NCBI GenBank assembly: GCA_951406725.2
Contig: OX597824.1
Location: 37,944,001 to 38,008,000 of the forward strand
Reading direction: 5' to 3'
Length of the DNA: 64,000 nucleotides
Source: Octopus vulgaris
Lineage: Eukaryota
Below the pieces are notes generated by a model. It made no database searches, was not told the origin of the DNA, and worked only from the letters and a program-made list of their open reading frames with translations. This document shows positions 52,436 through 64,000 of this stretch, piece by piece. A program made the translations under genes and the position numbers. Within the stretch, counting starts at the first letter, position 1; every line of letters begins with the position of its first letter.

Positions 52436-53965
52436 CATCAATTATCAGCATTTAATGTCTGTTGTCTATGCTGGCAGGGGTTGGACAGTTTAACCAGGGT
52501 TGGCAGGCTCAGGGACTGGACCAGAATCCAGTCTGATTTGGTATGGTTTCTACGACTGGATACCCTTCCTAACACCAACCACTCCAAGAGTGTAATGGGT
52601 GCTTTTATGTGTCACTGGCATGAGTGCCAGTTGCATCACACCAGTATCTGCTACAACTAGAATTTCACTTGGCTTGATGGGTCTTCCACTCAACCGTGGC
52701 ATGTTGCCGAAGGTTTTGGCCATTTGTCATTGCCTGTGTAAGGCTCAATGTTCGAAAGTGCTTTTTACATGTCACTGGCGCAAGTGTTAGTTGTGCGACA
52801 CTGGCACAGGTGATAGTTACGCAGCACTGGCATTGGCCAGATTTTCTCTTGAAAGGTGGTTTTTACATGCCACTGGTATGGATGCCAGTTCCATGACACC
52901 AGCATCAGCTATAACTATGATTTCACTTGGCTTCATGGGTCTTCTCAAGCATGGCATATTGTCAAAGGTGTTGGTCACTAGTCATTGCCTCCATGAGGCC
53001 CAGTGCTCAAAGATCATGCTGCACCACCTCACCCCATGTCTTCCTGGGTCTATATCTCCCACAGGTTCCCTTCACAGAGGCTGGTACTTCTTTACACAGC
53101 TATCCTTGTCCCTATGCATCACATGACCATACCAGCACAGTTGTCTCTCTTGCGCACTACATCTGATCTCCAACTTTTCTCTCAAGACATTTACAGTCTG
53201 TTGTACATACACATTGACACTGCAATCCAGCAAAGCATGCTAGCTTCATTTCTTTCAAGCCTATGCATGTCCTCAGCAGTCACAGCCCGTGTTTCACTAC
53301 TGTGCAGCATAGCTGTTCACACACAGGCATCAAACAGTCTGCTTTTCACTCTGAAGGAGAGGCCCTCTGTTGCCAGCAGAGGTAGGAGCTCTCTGAACTT
53401 TGCCCAGCCTATTCTTATTTGTGCAGCTACACTCTGGACATCCAACTTCACTACTTACTTGGTCATCTAGCTAACAGAAGCTATCAACTACCTTTAGCTT
53501 ACCCTGTGCACCTTCCACACAAAATCTATTTTCCCAGTTAACCTACCCCTGATATTGCTGCATCTCATATGTGTTCATAGCTTGCACCAGGTACATTTTA
53601 TGGAATTTCTACCTATGCCTTTCCTACAGATCGAGCAGGGCTATCTACCTGAAAGGTTTTGTGATTTGTCACCTTTCCTACTTACTAAGACTTTGGTTTT
53701 TGTTAGGTTAACTCTAAGGCCCTTCGATAGTAGACCTGGTTTCCACACCTGAAATTTCTTCTAGTTCTGGTAGTGATTCAGCTATAAAATCAAGATCATC
53801 AGTATAGAGGAGCTCCCAGGGGCTGCCCATCTTAAATTCCTCTGTTATTGCCTGCCGGACTATGATGAATAGGAAGGGGTGGAGGATTGATCCTTGGTGA
53901 ACCCCTACTTGTACCCAGAATTCATCGCTATATTCATTGCCAACCCTCACCTTACTGACTGAATC
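52436..53965 (-). mobile_element. RTE-type LINE 3' fragment (RT, C terminus and family C 3' UTR)
   Basis: RVGNEYSDEFWVQVGVHQGSILHPFLFIIV...PWELLYTDDL (RT motifs), contiguous down to the (GAT)-type tail. Confidence 0.9.
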
Positions 53966-54691
53966 CTTTGTTAAGCTGAATTTGTGTTACAATAGAAAGG
54001 TTGGAATGTCATTAAAATGTTCTTCATTTCAACACTAGCATTTGAGTTCAAATCCTCCCGGGGTGAGCTTTGACTTTCATCTCCATGAAAATGCAATGAG
54101 TAACCAGTAATATACCAAAACTTAATTCAATCAAATTTTATTATGAAATTATCCTTTTTACCATTCAAATATATGACATTTATTGAGAGGCAGACTGCCT
54201 TGATGAAACATCACTGATCGAAGAAAACTCGGACTAAATCACAAATGATCACATCTTTTTTAGTTTCAACATTTTTATAGGAAAACATCAACTTATTTAA
54301 AATCATTGCTGGTACGAAAGTGAAAGGGTTAAATGAGAAAACAGTTTCTAATACTGCTGTTAATCTTTTAAAGAACTTGTTGTGGCATTTGTAAACTGTC
54401 AGTTGTTATTTTTACAAGTTCCCTGATGGTGACAGTTCAAAATCAAATGTCTACAATAACATGAACAAGATAAAATAGGTCATATTTTTTTAATTGTATA
54501 GATGTCTCTCAGATACTGACTTTTCTTGTTGTAGCCTGAAACAACTTATCAGCCCTTTCAGATTTTAATAACTTTTCTTGTCTCTAATTGAAATTATTTT
54601 TCTTTTATTGAAAGTTAGTTTCTTTTCTACGAGACTTCTTTATCAGCATGTTTAGTTAACGAAGTATTGAAGTTATTTCGTGGCTGTGTGA

Positions 54692-55060
54692 AGGCACAGG
54701 GATGACAGTATAGTAAGAAGCTTGCTTCCCAACCACATGGTTCTGGGTTCAGTCCCACTGTGTGGCACCTTGGGCAAGTTTCTTCTACTATAACCTTGGT
54801 TCCATTAAAGCCTTGTGAATGGATTTAGTTGGTGGAAACTGAAAGAAGCCTGTTTGTGTGTGTATATGTGTATGTATATGTATATTTTTGTCCCCCCCCT
54901 CTCACATAGACAACCTGTGTTGGTGTGTTTACATCCCTGTAACTTAGCAGTTTGATAAGACTGATAAAATAAGTACCTCACTTAAAAATACTTTCAACTA
55001 AAAATTCTTCAAGATGGTGCCCCAGCATGGCCACAATCAAATGACTGAAACAAGTAAAAT
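54692..55060 (+). mobile_element. SINE family B
   Basis: gggttcagtcccactgtgtggcaccttgggcaag...atgactgaaacaagtaaaa. Confidence 0.85.
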
Positions 55061-55439
55061 ATAACTAGAGTGCCACTTGCACTAACAGTTTAACTTGGAT
55101 GTTGTCCAATATTTTACTAATTTGATTAAAATAAATTTCATTTGACATATATTTTTTTTATTCACTCTTTATCTGATCACACTGTATTTATTGCTATCTT
55201 TTAAAAGATTTGCATGTTTAATGATGTCATTTGATAAAAATCATCAAATTAGTAGAATTACTTACACACTGACGTCTTTCTTATAAATATCATCATTGAA
55301 TGATAATGATAAATATTATCGTTATCTAGGCAGGCATTTCTTATATGATGAAATGTTAAAATTTCAAAATTAACTTGATAATTATACGTTTTTATGTTTT
55401 TGTTGTTGTTTAGGAAATAACATACACATCATCATCATA

Positions 55440-55790
55440 CACCATCCGAGCATGATCTTTGCCAGAGCAGCCAACTGGCTTCCGTACCTGTGGCACGTAA
55501 AAGGGCACCATTTGAGCGGGACCGTTACCAAAGTCGCTTCACTGGCACATGTAAAAAGATTCGAGCGAGGTCATTGCCAGTACCGCCTGACTGGCTCCCG
55601 TGCCAGTGGCACATAAAAAGCACCCACTACACTCTTGGAGTGGTTGGCATTAGGAAGGGCATCCAGCTGTAGAAACTCTGCCAGATCAAGACTGGAGCCT
55701 GGTGCAGCCATCTGGTTTGCCAGCCCTCAGTCAAAATCGTCCAACCCATGCTAGCATGGAAAGCGGACGTTAAACGATGATGATGATCAT
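55440..55790 (+). mobile_element. Family C RTE 3' end
   Basis: Reverse complement of 20545-20845, ending ggaaagcggacgttaaacgatgatgatgat. Confidence 0.85.
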
Positions 55791-56089
55791 CATCATGAAG
55801 ATACAAAAGTAGTCAGATTTAAGGTGTTGCATTGCTGTGGTCATCACAAAAAGAGGAATACAGTTATAAGGGCAACAGTCTTCGTATAAACTCTATTTTC
55901 TGAAGTTTGCCAGTTGACAACAGTCCCCACCTCCCATTTCACAGATGCATGTTTAGCAGTAGGAAGAGTATCTAGCTTTGTGAAGAAGAAATAGGAGGAA
56001 TGAATGTTTTTACAGGAAACCTCTGTTTGTATGCTAAAGCAATTGAAAATATTTGTACTTCAGAATTCTTTGCCAAATATTTGAATTTT

Positions 56090-56134
<45 letters not shown>

Positions 56135-56394
56135 ATATATATATAATCGGGGACATGCTGCCCACTTAGGCAAGATAGGCAGTGCTTACTTTGAATAAAA
56201 TCGATCAATAGCAACATTTTCTTTTTATGGCAAAATATGTACCTAATTCAATAAAATTATGAAGGTTACTCTGATTACTATGCATGGATTAGGTTGGCAT
56301 AATTTTTCTGCATTTAATCTCAATATTTAAGCTACGCATAGCACTGCTGTAGTACATGTGCTACGTACATTGCCACAACACCATTTTCTATGTC

Positions 56395-56655
56395 TGGTAC
56401 TTATTCTTTCAGTCTTTCTACAAGCCACTAAGTTACTGGGATGTAAACAAACCAATTGCCAGTTGTCACTCAGTTGAAGAAAACACACACGCACATACAT
56501 ATGAGGCTTTTACAGTTTTCATTGATGAAATTTAGCCACAAGGCATTAGTTGACGTAGGGCTATTATATAGACACTTGCCCAAGATGCTGTGCTGTGGGA
56601 TTGAACCCAAAGCCATTTTGTTGTAAAGTAAGCTTAACAACACAGCCATGTCTGT
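56395..56655 (-). mobile_element. SINE family B, diverged
   Basis: ctaagttactgggatgtaaacaaacc...gacacttgcccaagatgctgtgctgtgggattgaaccc. Confidence 0.7.
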
Positions 56656-56849
56656 ATATTTATAACTTGCCTGAAGGCCCTGTGTACCCACAGGAGAAAC
56701 TTAGAGTAGCAAGATACTATTTCAACCAAAATAAAATGTATGTACATATGTGTATGTGTGTGTGTTTATAGGAAGGATCCCATCTATACTAGGAATTCTC
56801 AAGGGTTCAAGGTCTCAGCAGAAGCCAATTTTTATTAGACACACCTTAA

Positions 56850-57310
56850 ATGTTCATTTTTAGCTGTGCACCTTGTGTAAAGAAAATCCTGGTAAGTATG
56901 CCCACACCTGAGGCAGGATGCTCATGCAGGGACAACTTCATGTCCTTTAATGGCCGATGCTACATGGAGACAGTCATGTATGAGGTAGAAGTACTGTTAA
57001 AGGGCTACAATGGGCAGTCAAATGTGTCCTCTCAGGACCAGATTCAACAACCATAAGTCTTCCTTCAGTATCCATAAGACAGTGTCACAGCTCTGGCTAG
57101 ACATGTTTGATTGTTAAAGGAAAACATAACAGATTGTAACATCAAATGGAAAATCTTGAAGTGTGAGCCTTATTTTAATAGCAGCAGAAAATGCAGGTTA
57201 TGTTAAACCATGAAAAGAATTGTTAAAAACTTATCACCTGAACATCTTTCTAAACTGCAGAAATGAGATTTGTAGTCCATGCCCACATGAGAGTAGGTAT
57301 GTCTTACCTA
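56850..57310 (+). mobile_element. Second, distinct Penelope-like GIY-YIG relic
   Basis: GCSCRDN...FNGRCYMETVMYEVEV, then with frameshifts RFNNHKSSF, TALARHV*LLKEN, IKWKILK, PYFNSSRKCRLC and LNCRNEICSPCPH. Confidence 0.8.
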
Positions 57311-58706
57311 CAGGTGCCATCATTACTATAATCACTAGGTTTTCTACCATCAGTCCTTCCACCATAACATCCTGAGAACCCAGTAAGGTCTGTAATCAAA
57401 CCATACACACATTGACACTTCTGCATATCTGCCTAAACATAGGGTTAAAGGTTCAGATACCTATTCAGTCCCCTTCAACCCATGCATTTGTACCAATTTC
57501 TTACCCAATCATATGTTCACCCACCAAACTCTTGCTGCTTCAATTAACTTGGGTTTTGTACAGGCCAAGGGACATAACTCTTGATAATTCCCTCATTCAA
57601 TTGTCCCCTGTGACTTTGTTTCCTCTTTTTTTCATAGTATCCACAAACAACAGTCACCACATTTCCCCCATTCCTGCCATTTCTGAAGATCACATATTTA
57701 GATAACCACCTTCTACTAAACCAATTGGTAAGATTGGCTGAAATGAATCTATAATACTGTATACTTTGATTAATGTGTTTGTGTCCATCTCTCTCTCTAT
57801 GTATATGTGTGTGTGTGTGTATATATATATATATGTGTGTGTGTGTGTATATATATGTGTGTGTGTGTGTGTGTGTTATGTCATTAATGTTAGAAGAAAT
57901 GAATCTGGAGATGGAAGTATCTTTTCTATTGCTTTATTTATCTCCAGAGATATAAAATATTTGATGCATTACAGTTTATTTTGTTTTTGTATGGATGTCT
58001 AGTACTGGATAGCCAATCATTGTCTCTGCTTTTAGGGTCAGGTGATTACATCCTTCTCTAGTTGTTTGAGAAATCTCATGTCACTCAAATCATACAACAC
58101 TGAGAATTTGTTTTAAATCAAAATTTATAGCCAGTACTGATGTCTAAATATCCATGCATGTATGCTCAGTAATACAAAGGCATAGACAGTCCTGCATACA
58201 CATGATACAATATGTACAATCATACCTAGGCAAGAAATATCTTTGGTTGTGTATATGATTAGGAAACTTGTTGCCAAAGGAGCAAAAAAAAAAAAAAAAA
58301 AAAGACTAAAGCATGTCGGAGAGAAATTAATAAAACGGAGTTTATCAGTTGACTGGGGGTGAGATGTTTTGAACCAAAATCTGATATTAGAGGATTTTGT
58401 ATTGAGGGATTTTTTTGTGGGCAAAATATTATTAACCATTACCAGTCCATACACATTCCTACACACACCCATCATACATGTATGCATACACACATATACT
58501 TATGTACTCATACATACATGCCCCCCCACACACAAGCAAATAGAGTAGGAAAAAGAAAACAGTGAAAACATATACATCCACCACTTACAGGTATACACTA
58601 AGAGATATAGATATGTATGTAGAGTTAATGCACATAAGTTCATCAGTGTATTTAACTCTCACCACTGTGTGTGTGTGTGTGTGTGTGTGTATGTATATAT
58701 GTATTC

Positions 58707-58809
58707 ATATTTTTCAAAATTCTTAATGTGAAACTTAAAACATTTTAATTTAGAATAGTCATTTAGCCAATAAAATTATATAAAGAGTAAGCCACCCTCC
58801 CAATGAAGA

Positions 58810-58841
<32 letters not shown>

Positions 58842-59021
58842 TAAAGCACGTCATCATCATCATTGGGAAACGGACGTTAAACGATGATGATGATGATGTG
58901 CTTTTGTGTGTGTGTGTTCTTTATTGGGAGGGTGGCTTACTCTTTATATAATTTTATTGGCTAAATGACTGTTCAAAATTAGAATGTTTTAAGTTTCACA
59001 TTAAGAATTTTGAAAACATAT
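58707..59021. repeat. Long inverted repeat (arms about 58707-58863 and 58884-59021, 20-nt spacer)
   Basis: ttttcaaaattcttaatgtgaaacttaaaacatt...gccaccctcccaat / attgggagggtggc...aatgttttaagtttcacattaagaattttgaaaa. Confidence 0.95.
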
Positions 59022-59789
59022 ACTCACACAGATAAACATGTATAAGACACTATAAAAAGAGCAGAGTTATTAAAAAAAATATTCTATAAGCACTTGTAGA
59101 TAAGCAAATATTTCTAAAAAATATTTGTACCTCTTATTGTACTTGTGAAAGATAAACACACACACATACATACTGCCATGTTAAACCATTGAACTCAACA
59201 CATTTTCTTCATTCTTGCTCTCTAGTTCCCCTTATTCCTTTCTATCGAAGAGTGTATGCTTGAAAAGGAAAATACTTCTCCATTTTTCCTGAGCATCAAA
59301 CTAATACACTTGCTTGTTGTTCCTGTACCTGTCTTTATCTTGGTTTTTCTATAAACTATGTGTGTGTGTGTGTATATCTATATTTATGTCAGGTCATTTT
59401 TTTGTGCTACTAGTAACATGTAACTGTGCACATCCTGTTGCATGTTTGGGCTATCAGTTAGTAAACTAGCAACCTTGCCAAGCTTGCTTGGTCAAGGGGA
59501 GTGGTTTTCATCAGTTACCCTGCAAGAAGTAAAATAAAATGTGAAAGCATGTATGAACTCAGTAGAATCAATGGTCATCCAACAAATATTTAGACATTTC
59601 ACTAGAAGGAAAACTCTAACATAGCACCCACAACATCCAATTCTGTAGACTAGTTCTTTTTGGGAAAACGAATACGTAGTTTCAAAGTGGGATTGAACTT
59701 GTACAAGGCCTTTTCTTATTAAAAAAATCCTTCAGACACGAGCATTGCTTGATTTTTAATATCTGTTAATATCTGTGTTTTAATCTTCT

Positions 59790-60132
59790 ATTGGTTTCAG
59801 TCATTAGACTGTGGCCATGCTGGGGCACTGTCTTGAAGAGCTTTAATCAAATGAATTAACCCCACAACTTTTTTTTAAAACCTGGTACTTATTCTAGGTT
59901 TCTTTTGCTAAACTGCTCGGTTATGAAGATGTAAACACCAAACACTGGTTGTCAAGCAGTGGTGTCAGACACACATGAGCTTCTTTCAGTTTCCATGTAC
60001 CAATTTCACTCATGGCTTTGGTCAGCCTGAGGCTATAGTAGACACTTGCCCAAGGTGCCTTGCAATAGGACTGAGCCTGGAACAGTGTGGTTGGGGAGCA
60101 AGCCTCTTACCACACAGCTATGCCTGTGCCTA
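59790..60132 (-). mobile_element. SINE family B
   Basis: gtttcagtcattagactgtggccatgctgggg...cttaccacacagctatgcctgtgcct. Confidence 0.8.
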
Positions 60133-61151
60133 TGTTGGTCAGAGTTAAAATAGCTGAGCATTCAATGAAAAATTCTATGATGGAATGAAGGCATGTGACA
60201 GTGTGGGTGCTAAACTCTTAATACTGGTTGAAAGAGAGGTGCTTATCATTGCCATATCTGTGAAAAGGAGTGTAAGTCCTCAGCAAGACTGAAAAGCCAC
60301 ATCTGTGTTGTTCATGTTTAAGAGAACTGTCAAGTGATGGCATTTCTCAAAATTGAGCCGCGGCCATTATCATTATGCATGTGTGTATGTGTGTCAATAC
60401 ATGTATATCCATATACATGTGCATATGTGTGTGTTTGCATTAATACACATGAATATGTGTGTGAAAATGTGAAGGAAAACAAGGTCAGTGCAGGCGGGAA
60501 TGAGTTCAACAGACTAGAAAAAAATAAATTAAAAAAAGAAATTATAGGAAAGTGGAAAATAAGTACAACTGTTTTGACCTAGTTCTGACTGTAGTAGTAA
60601 TTAGGGTAGCAGTGGTGGTGGTAGATGTTGCAGTTAGTGAAAAGAATAAACAATCAATCAATCAGCAAATTGAATATGTGGATCCCTACTAGGTTGGGGA
60701 CCATCTCTGTGAAAGAAAGGTTTTGGAAGCTCAATTTGTGTGTACCCCAGACGTTGCATCACAGCCATTTTAATCTTTTTTCAGCCTCAGTACATCATCC
60801 CCACCCTTGCTTCTAAGATGTGAGTCGTCATGCAGCTCTTCTACAGAAAGAAATCTGTTCTTTTCTGATTGCTTCTCTTGTCCTTTAACTCATCTCCTTG
60901 CATAAAACAGCCACTCCTCTCATGATGTTTGTAGCCTTGCAAGTATCATGGGAAAACCTTGCTAGTACTGATGGTGTGACAAAAGCATGTAGTGCACTCT
61001 AAAAATGGTTAGCATTGGGAGGGGTCTCCAGGCACAAAAACCATGCCAAAGCAGATGCTGGAGAACAATGTAGTTCTCTGACACATTGGATTCTGTTAAA
61101 CTATGCAATCTGTGCCAGAATGGAACATGGACATTGAATGATGATGATATC

Positions 61152-61207
<56 letters not shown>

Positions 61208-61211
<4 letters not shown>

Positions 61212-61455
61212 AGGTGCATGGCTTAGTGGTTAGGGTATTGCACTCACAATTGTGAGATCCTGGGTTCAATTCCCAAATTGGGTGTTGCCATGTATTCTTG
61301 AGCAAAGCACTTCATTTCATGTTGCTCTGGAACATGGTGCACCTGTACAGGTAATGTCGATTTGATGGAGAGTGTGAGCTTATGTGTACACAAACATTTG
61401 ATCACTATAAACAAATCATGTTTGTGGTTGTTCAGCAAGAAATGGCTGAACCCTT
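61208..61455 (+). mobile_element. SINE family E (tail W)
   Basis: ggtgcatggcttagtggttaggg...gggttcaattccc...tcttgagcaaagcacttcatttcatgttgctc. Confidence 0.8.
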
Positions 61456-61470
61456 ATACATTGTCTAATA

Positions 61471-61662
61471 TCTTGTTTCAGTCATTTGACTGTGGCCATG
61501 TTGAGGGTACTGCCTTGAAGGGTTTTTTAGTCAAACAAATTGACTCCAGGACTCTGATAGAATAAGCACCAGGTTTAATAAAAACAGTGTCTTTTGCTGA
61601 AGCGTTAACCTATGGGGATGTAAACATACCTACATTGGTTGTCAAGCATTAGTGTCTGACAC

Positions 61663-61696
<34 letters not shown>

Positions 61697-61830
61697 TTTC
61701 AATTTCTATATACTAAATCCACTCACAAGGCTTTGGTCAGCCCAAGGCAATAGTAGAAGACACTTCTGCATGGTGCCACACAATAGGACTGAACCTGGAA
61801 CTGTGATTGGGAAACAAGCTTCTTATCACA
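61471..61830 (-). mobile_element. SINE family B
   Basis: cttgtttcagtcatttgactgtggccatg...aatccactcacaaggctttggtcagcccaaggc. Confidence 0.8.
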
Positions 61831-61861
61831 CACACACACACACACGTATGTATGCATGTGT

Positions 61862-62113
61862 GTGACATAGTGGTTAGGTTGTTGCACTCATGATTACTAG
61901 ATCATGGATTCAATTCCCTGATCGGGTAGCACATTGTGTTCCTGAGCAAAATACTTTATTTCGCATTGCTCTAGTTCCCCTTTCAATCAGGTGGGAATGT
62001 TGGCTTGCTTGCCTAACCAGCAAAGTGGCGTCATTTGAAGGCTAAAGCAATGCAAAAATGCATTGTGTCCAGCAATGTGTAACAACATCTGATAATCTGG
62101 CTGGTTACGTGAT
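61862..62113 (+). mobile_element. SINE family E (tail Y)
   Basis: E-type head and body, then gtggcgtcatttgaaggctaaagcaatgc..., shared with 38090-38215. Confidence 0.8.
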
Positions 62114-62174
62114 ATATATATATCTATTCCAATTGATATTTTACAAGGAAGTGAAAGATTGTCTCACTTCATGT

Positions 62175-62218
62175 CTAATACTGATGAGTGCATAAAGTGC
62201 TTAAAATGCTTATATTAG
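62175..62218 (+). ncRNA. Decayed minimal type I hammerhead-ribozyme-like motif
   Basis: ctaata-CTGATGA-gtgca-taaag-tgctt-AAAA-tgct-TA-tattag: perfect 6-bp stem I, exact CUGAUGA, GAAA box mutated. Confidence 0.5.
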
Positions 62219-63000
62219 TTCATAGGGGCAGCTCTGAAATGACTTTTGGCAAACCACAGTGAATATAGCCTTTTTACAGGTCAGATATGTCTGAAATATT
62301 TGAACTGATTGAAAAGTTTTATTTCACAATGCTTCTTTGCATGCCAATTATTATGTACATAAATGTGTGTGTATATGTATTTATACATATATTTAAGTCT
62401 CAACATCAGTGAACTGTAAAAGGAAAAAAGTACAGTGAGAATTTACCTTCAAATCTACATATTTTTATAACATTTAATATTTATGGCACTTTATTGATAA
62501 CATTGTTATTGGCAACAAAAGGGTTACAATGAAACGAAGCAAAAAAAAAAGAAAGAAAATACAAACATGGCAATGTTGTTTCATTATGTGTGTTCATTAC
62601 AGTTGTTGAGCCAGTTCTTTCAATAGGCTATCACCAACTTCATGCTTAGTTTTGCAATTAGAATCTAATAGTGATTTCAGCTTCCATTTTCCATCAATTG
62701 TGCGAGGAAACATGTGACCTCATCTTTCAATTTGTGGCATACTTCATCTTTAGTCCAAGATCAGTATGAGAGAGAGAGAGAGAAAAGGATAGAAGAGTAA
62801 AAGAGATGAAGGTGTTTGAACAAATCCTTTTTATTTTATACAGTTTTTGTACATTTAGTTTAGTTTGGAATTACATGACGAAACTTAGCCAATTTGATCT
62901 ATTTGGGCCTCTCTTATATAAAGTTTGTTGATGACTGCTATCAATTACTAGTTGAGAAATGATAAGTAAGGAACATTGCACATGTATAATCCTCAAGATA

Positions 63001-63380
63001 TCTTTATATATAAAAGAGAAGTTGTGTGTCTGTCTCCTACGATTTAGATTCCTAACTACTCCCACATTTTGCGGTGCAGTTTAACCAGTTTATCTTATAG
63101 TCGTGATTCATATCGAGCCCTTCTGGGTATTAGCGCGCGTCTACGATGAGTCTACGATTTAAAAAAAAATTTACTATCATTTTTTCCATTTTAATGCATT
63201 TTTTCGTTATTATATAAGGGAAGTAACTCTCTAAAAATGTCTACGATGAGTCAACGATTTAAAAAAAAATTTACCATCATTTTTTTCCTTTTGTAATGCA
63301 TTTTTTGGCTATAACTCTCTAAAAATGCTTATATAGTTATTTCCCTTACAAACCCGAGCAACGCCGGGCGATACTGCTAG
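63001..63380 (+). mobile_element. Non-autonomous Helitron-like element (380 bp)
   Basis: A|TCtttatatataaaag 5' end; cccg-agcaacgc-cggg hairpin 8 nt before the terminal CTAG; internal ~100-bp tandem duplication starting gtctacgatgagtc. The next base is G, not the canonical T. Confidence 0.75.
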
Positions 63381-64000
63381 GCACTCAATATGACAGTACA
63401 GGCTAATTCCATGTTATTCAGTGAAAATATCCTAATCATCTTTTTCTTCAATGCAATAGTAAATTGATTATGCACTAATTTCGATAAACACTTTTAGTAT
63501 CTGTAGTTCTTGGAATTGCATACTGAAACCATTCTATGGAAGTATTGGGGCAAGTTTTGAAATTTTCATTCCTTCAAACTAGGCAGTCCAAAAAGCATAA
63601 ACACTTTCTTAATAACATGAATATCATGTAAATGACATAAAACTGTCTGCAAAAGTGTATGGGTTTCCAGTTTTGGTATGAATGAGAAGTTTGGATTTCA
63701 TGATCTGAGAATCTTTTACTTGAAACTATTTGATGTTGGCAATTTAAATATCACTACACTTGTATCAGTATAGAATACCTTTGGTGAACCAGCTGTAAAT
63801 ATTGATATCCTTTAGAAGCAGTTATCTACATTATTAATCCAATTCATTGACAATGATATTATAGTGGGTAACTAAAGACATAGCTAAGATTTATCAAAGA
63901 AGAACTTGAATGGATCATAGCTTCAAAGATTTACACTCTTGCACTGGCTTTAAGATCTCACTTGGCAGTAACAAGTGACAATAAGTGGCTGTTGTTTGAG

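Noticed and set aside
57700-57750. Possible hammerhead relic after the second Penelope fragment (ccaat/attgg stem)
   Set aside because: Core boxes are too degenerate.

Overview
AT-rich, repeat-dense eukaryotic genomic DNA. The tRNA-derived SINE repertoire and microsatellite load point to an octopus or other cephalopod (inference, not checked by search). No complete protein-coding gene is visible: the ORFs I examined come from SINEs, decayed LINE/Penelope fragments or simple repeats. The window reads as mostly intronic. A CpG-retaining, SINE-free island (~8.4-11.9 kb) carries strong plus-strand splice donors and a candidate 36-nt exon. Mobile DNA found: several SINE families built from shared head, body and tail modules; RTE- and CR1-type LINE fragments, all on the minus strand; two different Penelope-like GIY-YIG relics; mariner-, piggyBac- and hAT-type miniature elements; two Helitron-like elements; and an LTR element with ~1-kb LTRs around a 157-bp core (tRNA-Trp-like PBS, 4-bp TSD). 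Most worth following up: that mini LTR element, four decayed minimal hammerhead-like motifs, a ~315-bp foldback centred on a LINE 3' end, and the SINE module shuffling. I found no clear evidence of a wholly new protein-based system. Coordinates of degenerate repeats are approximate.
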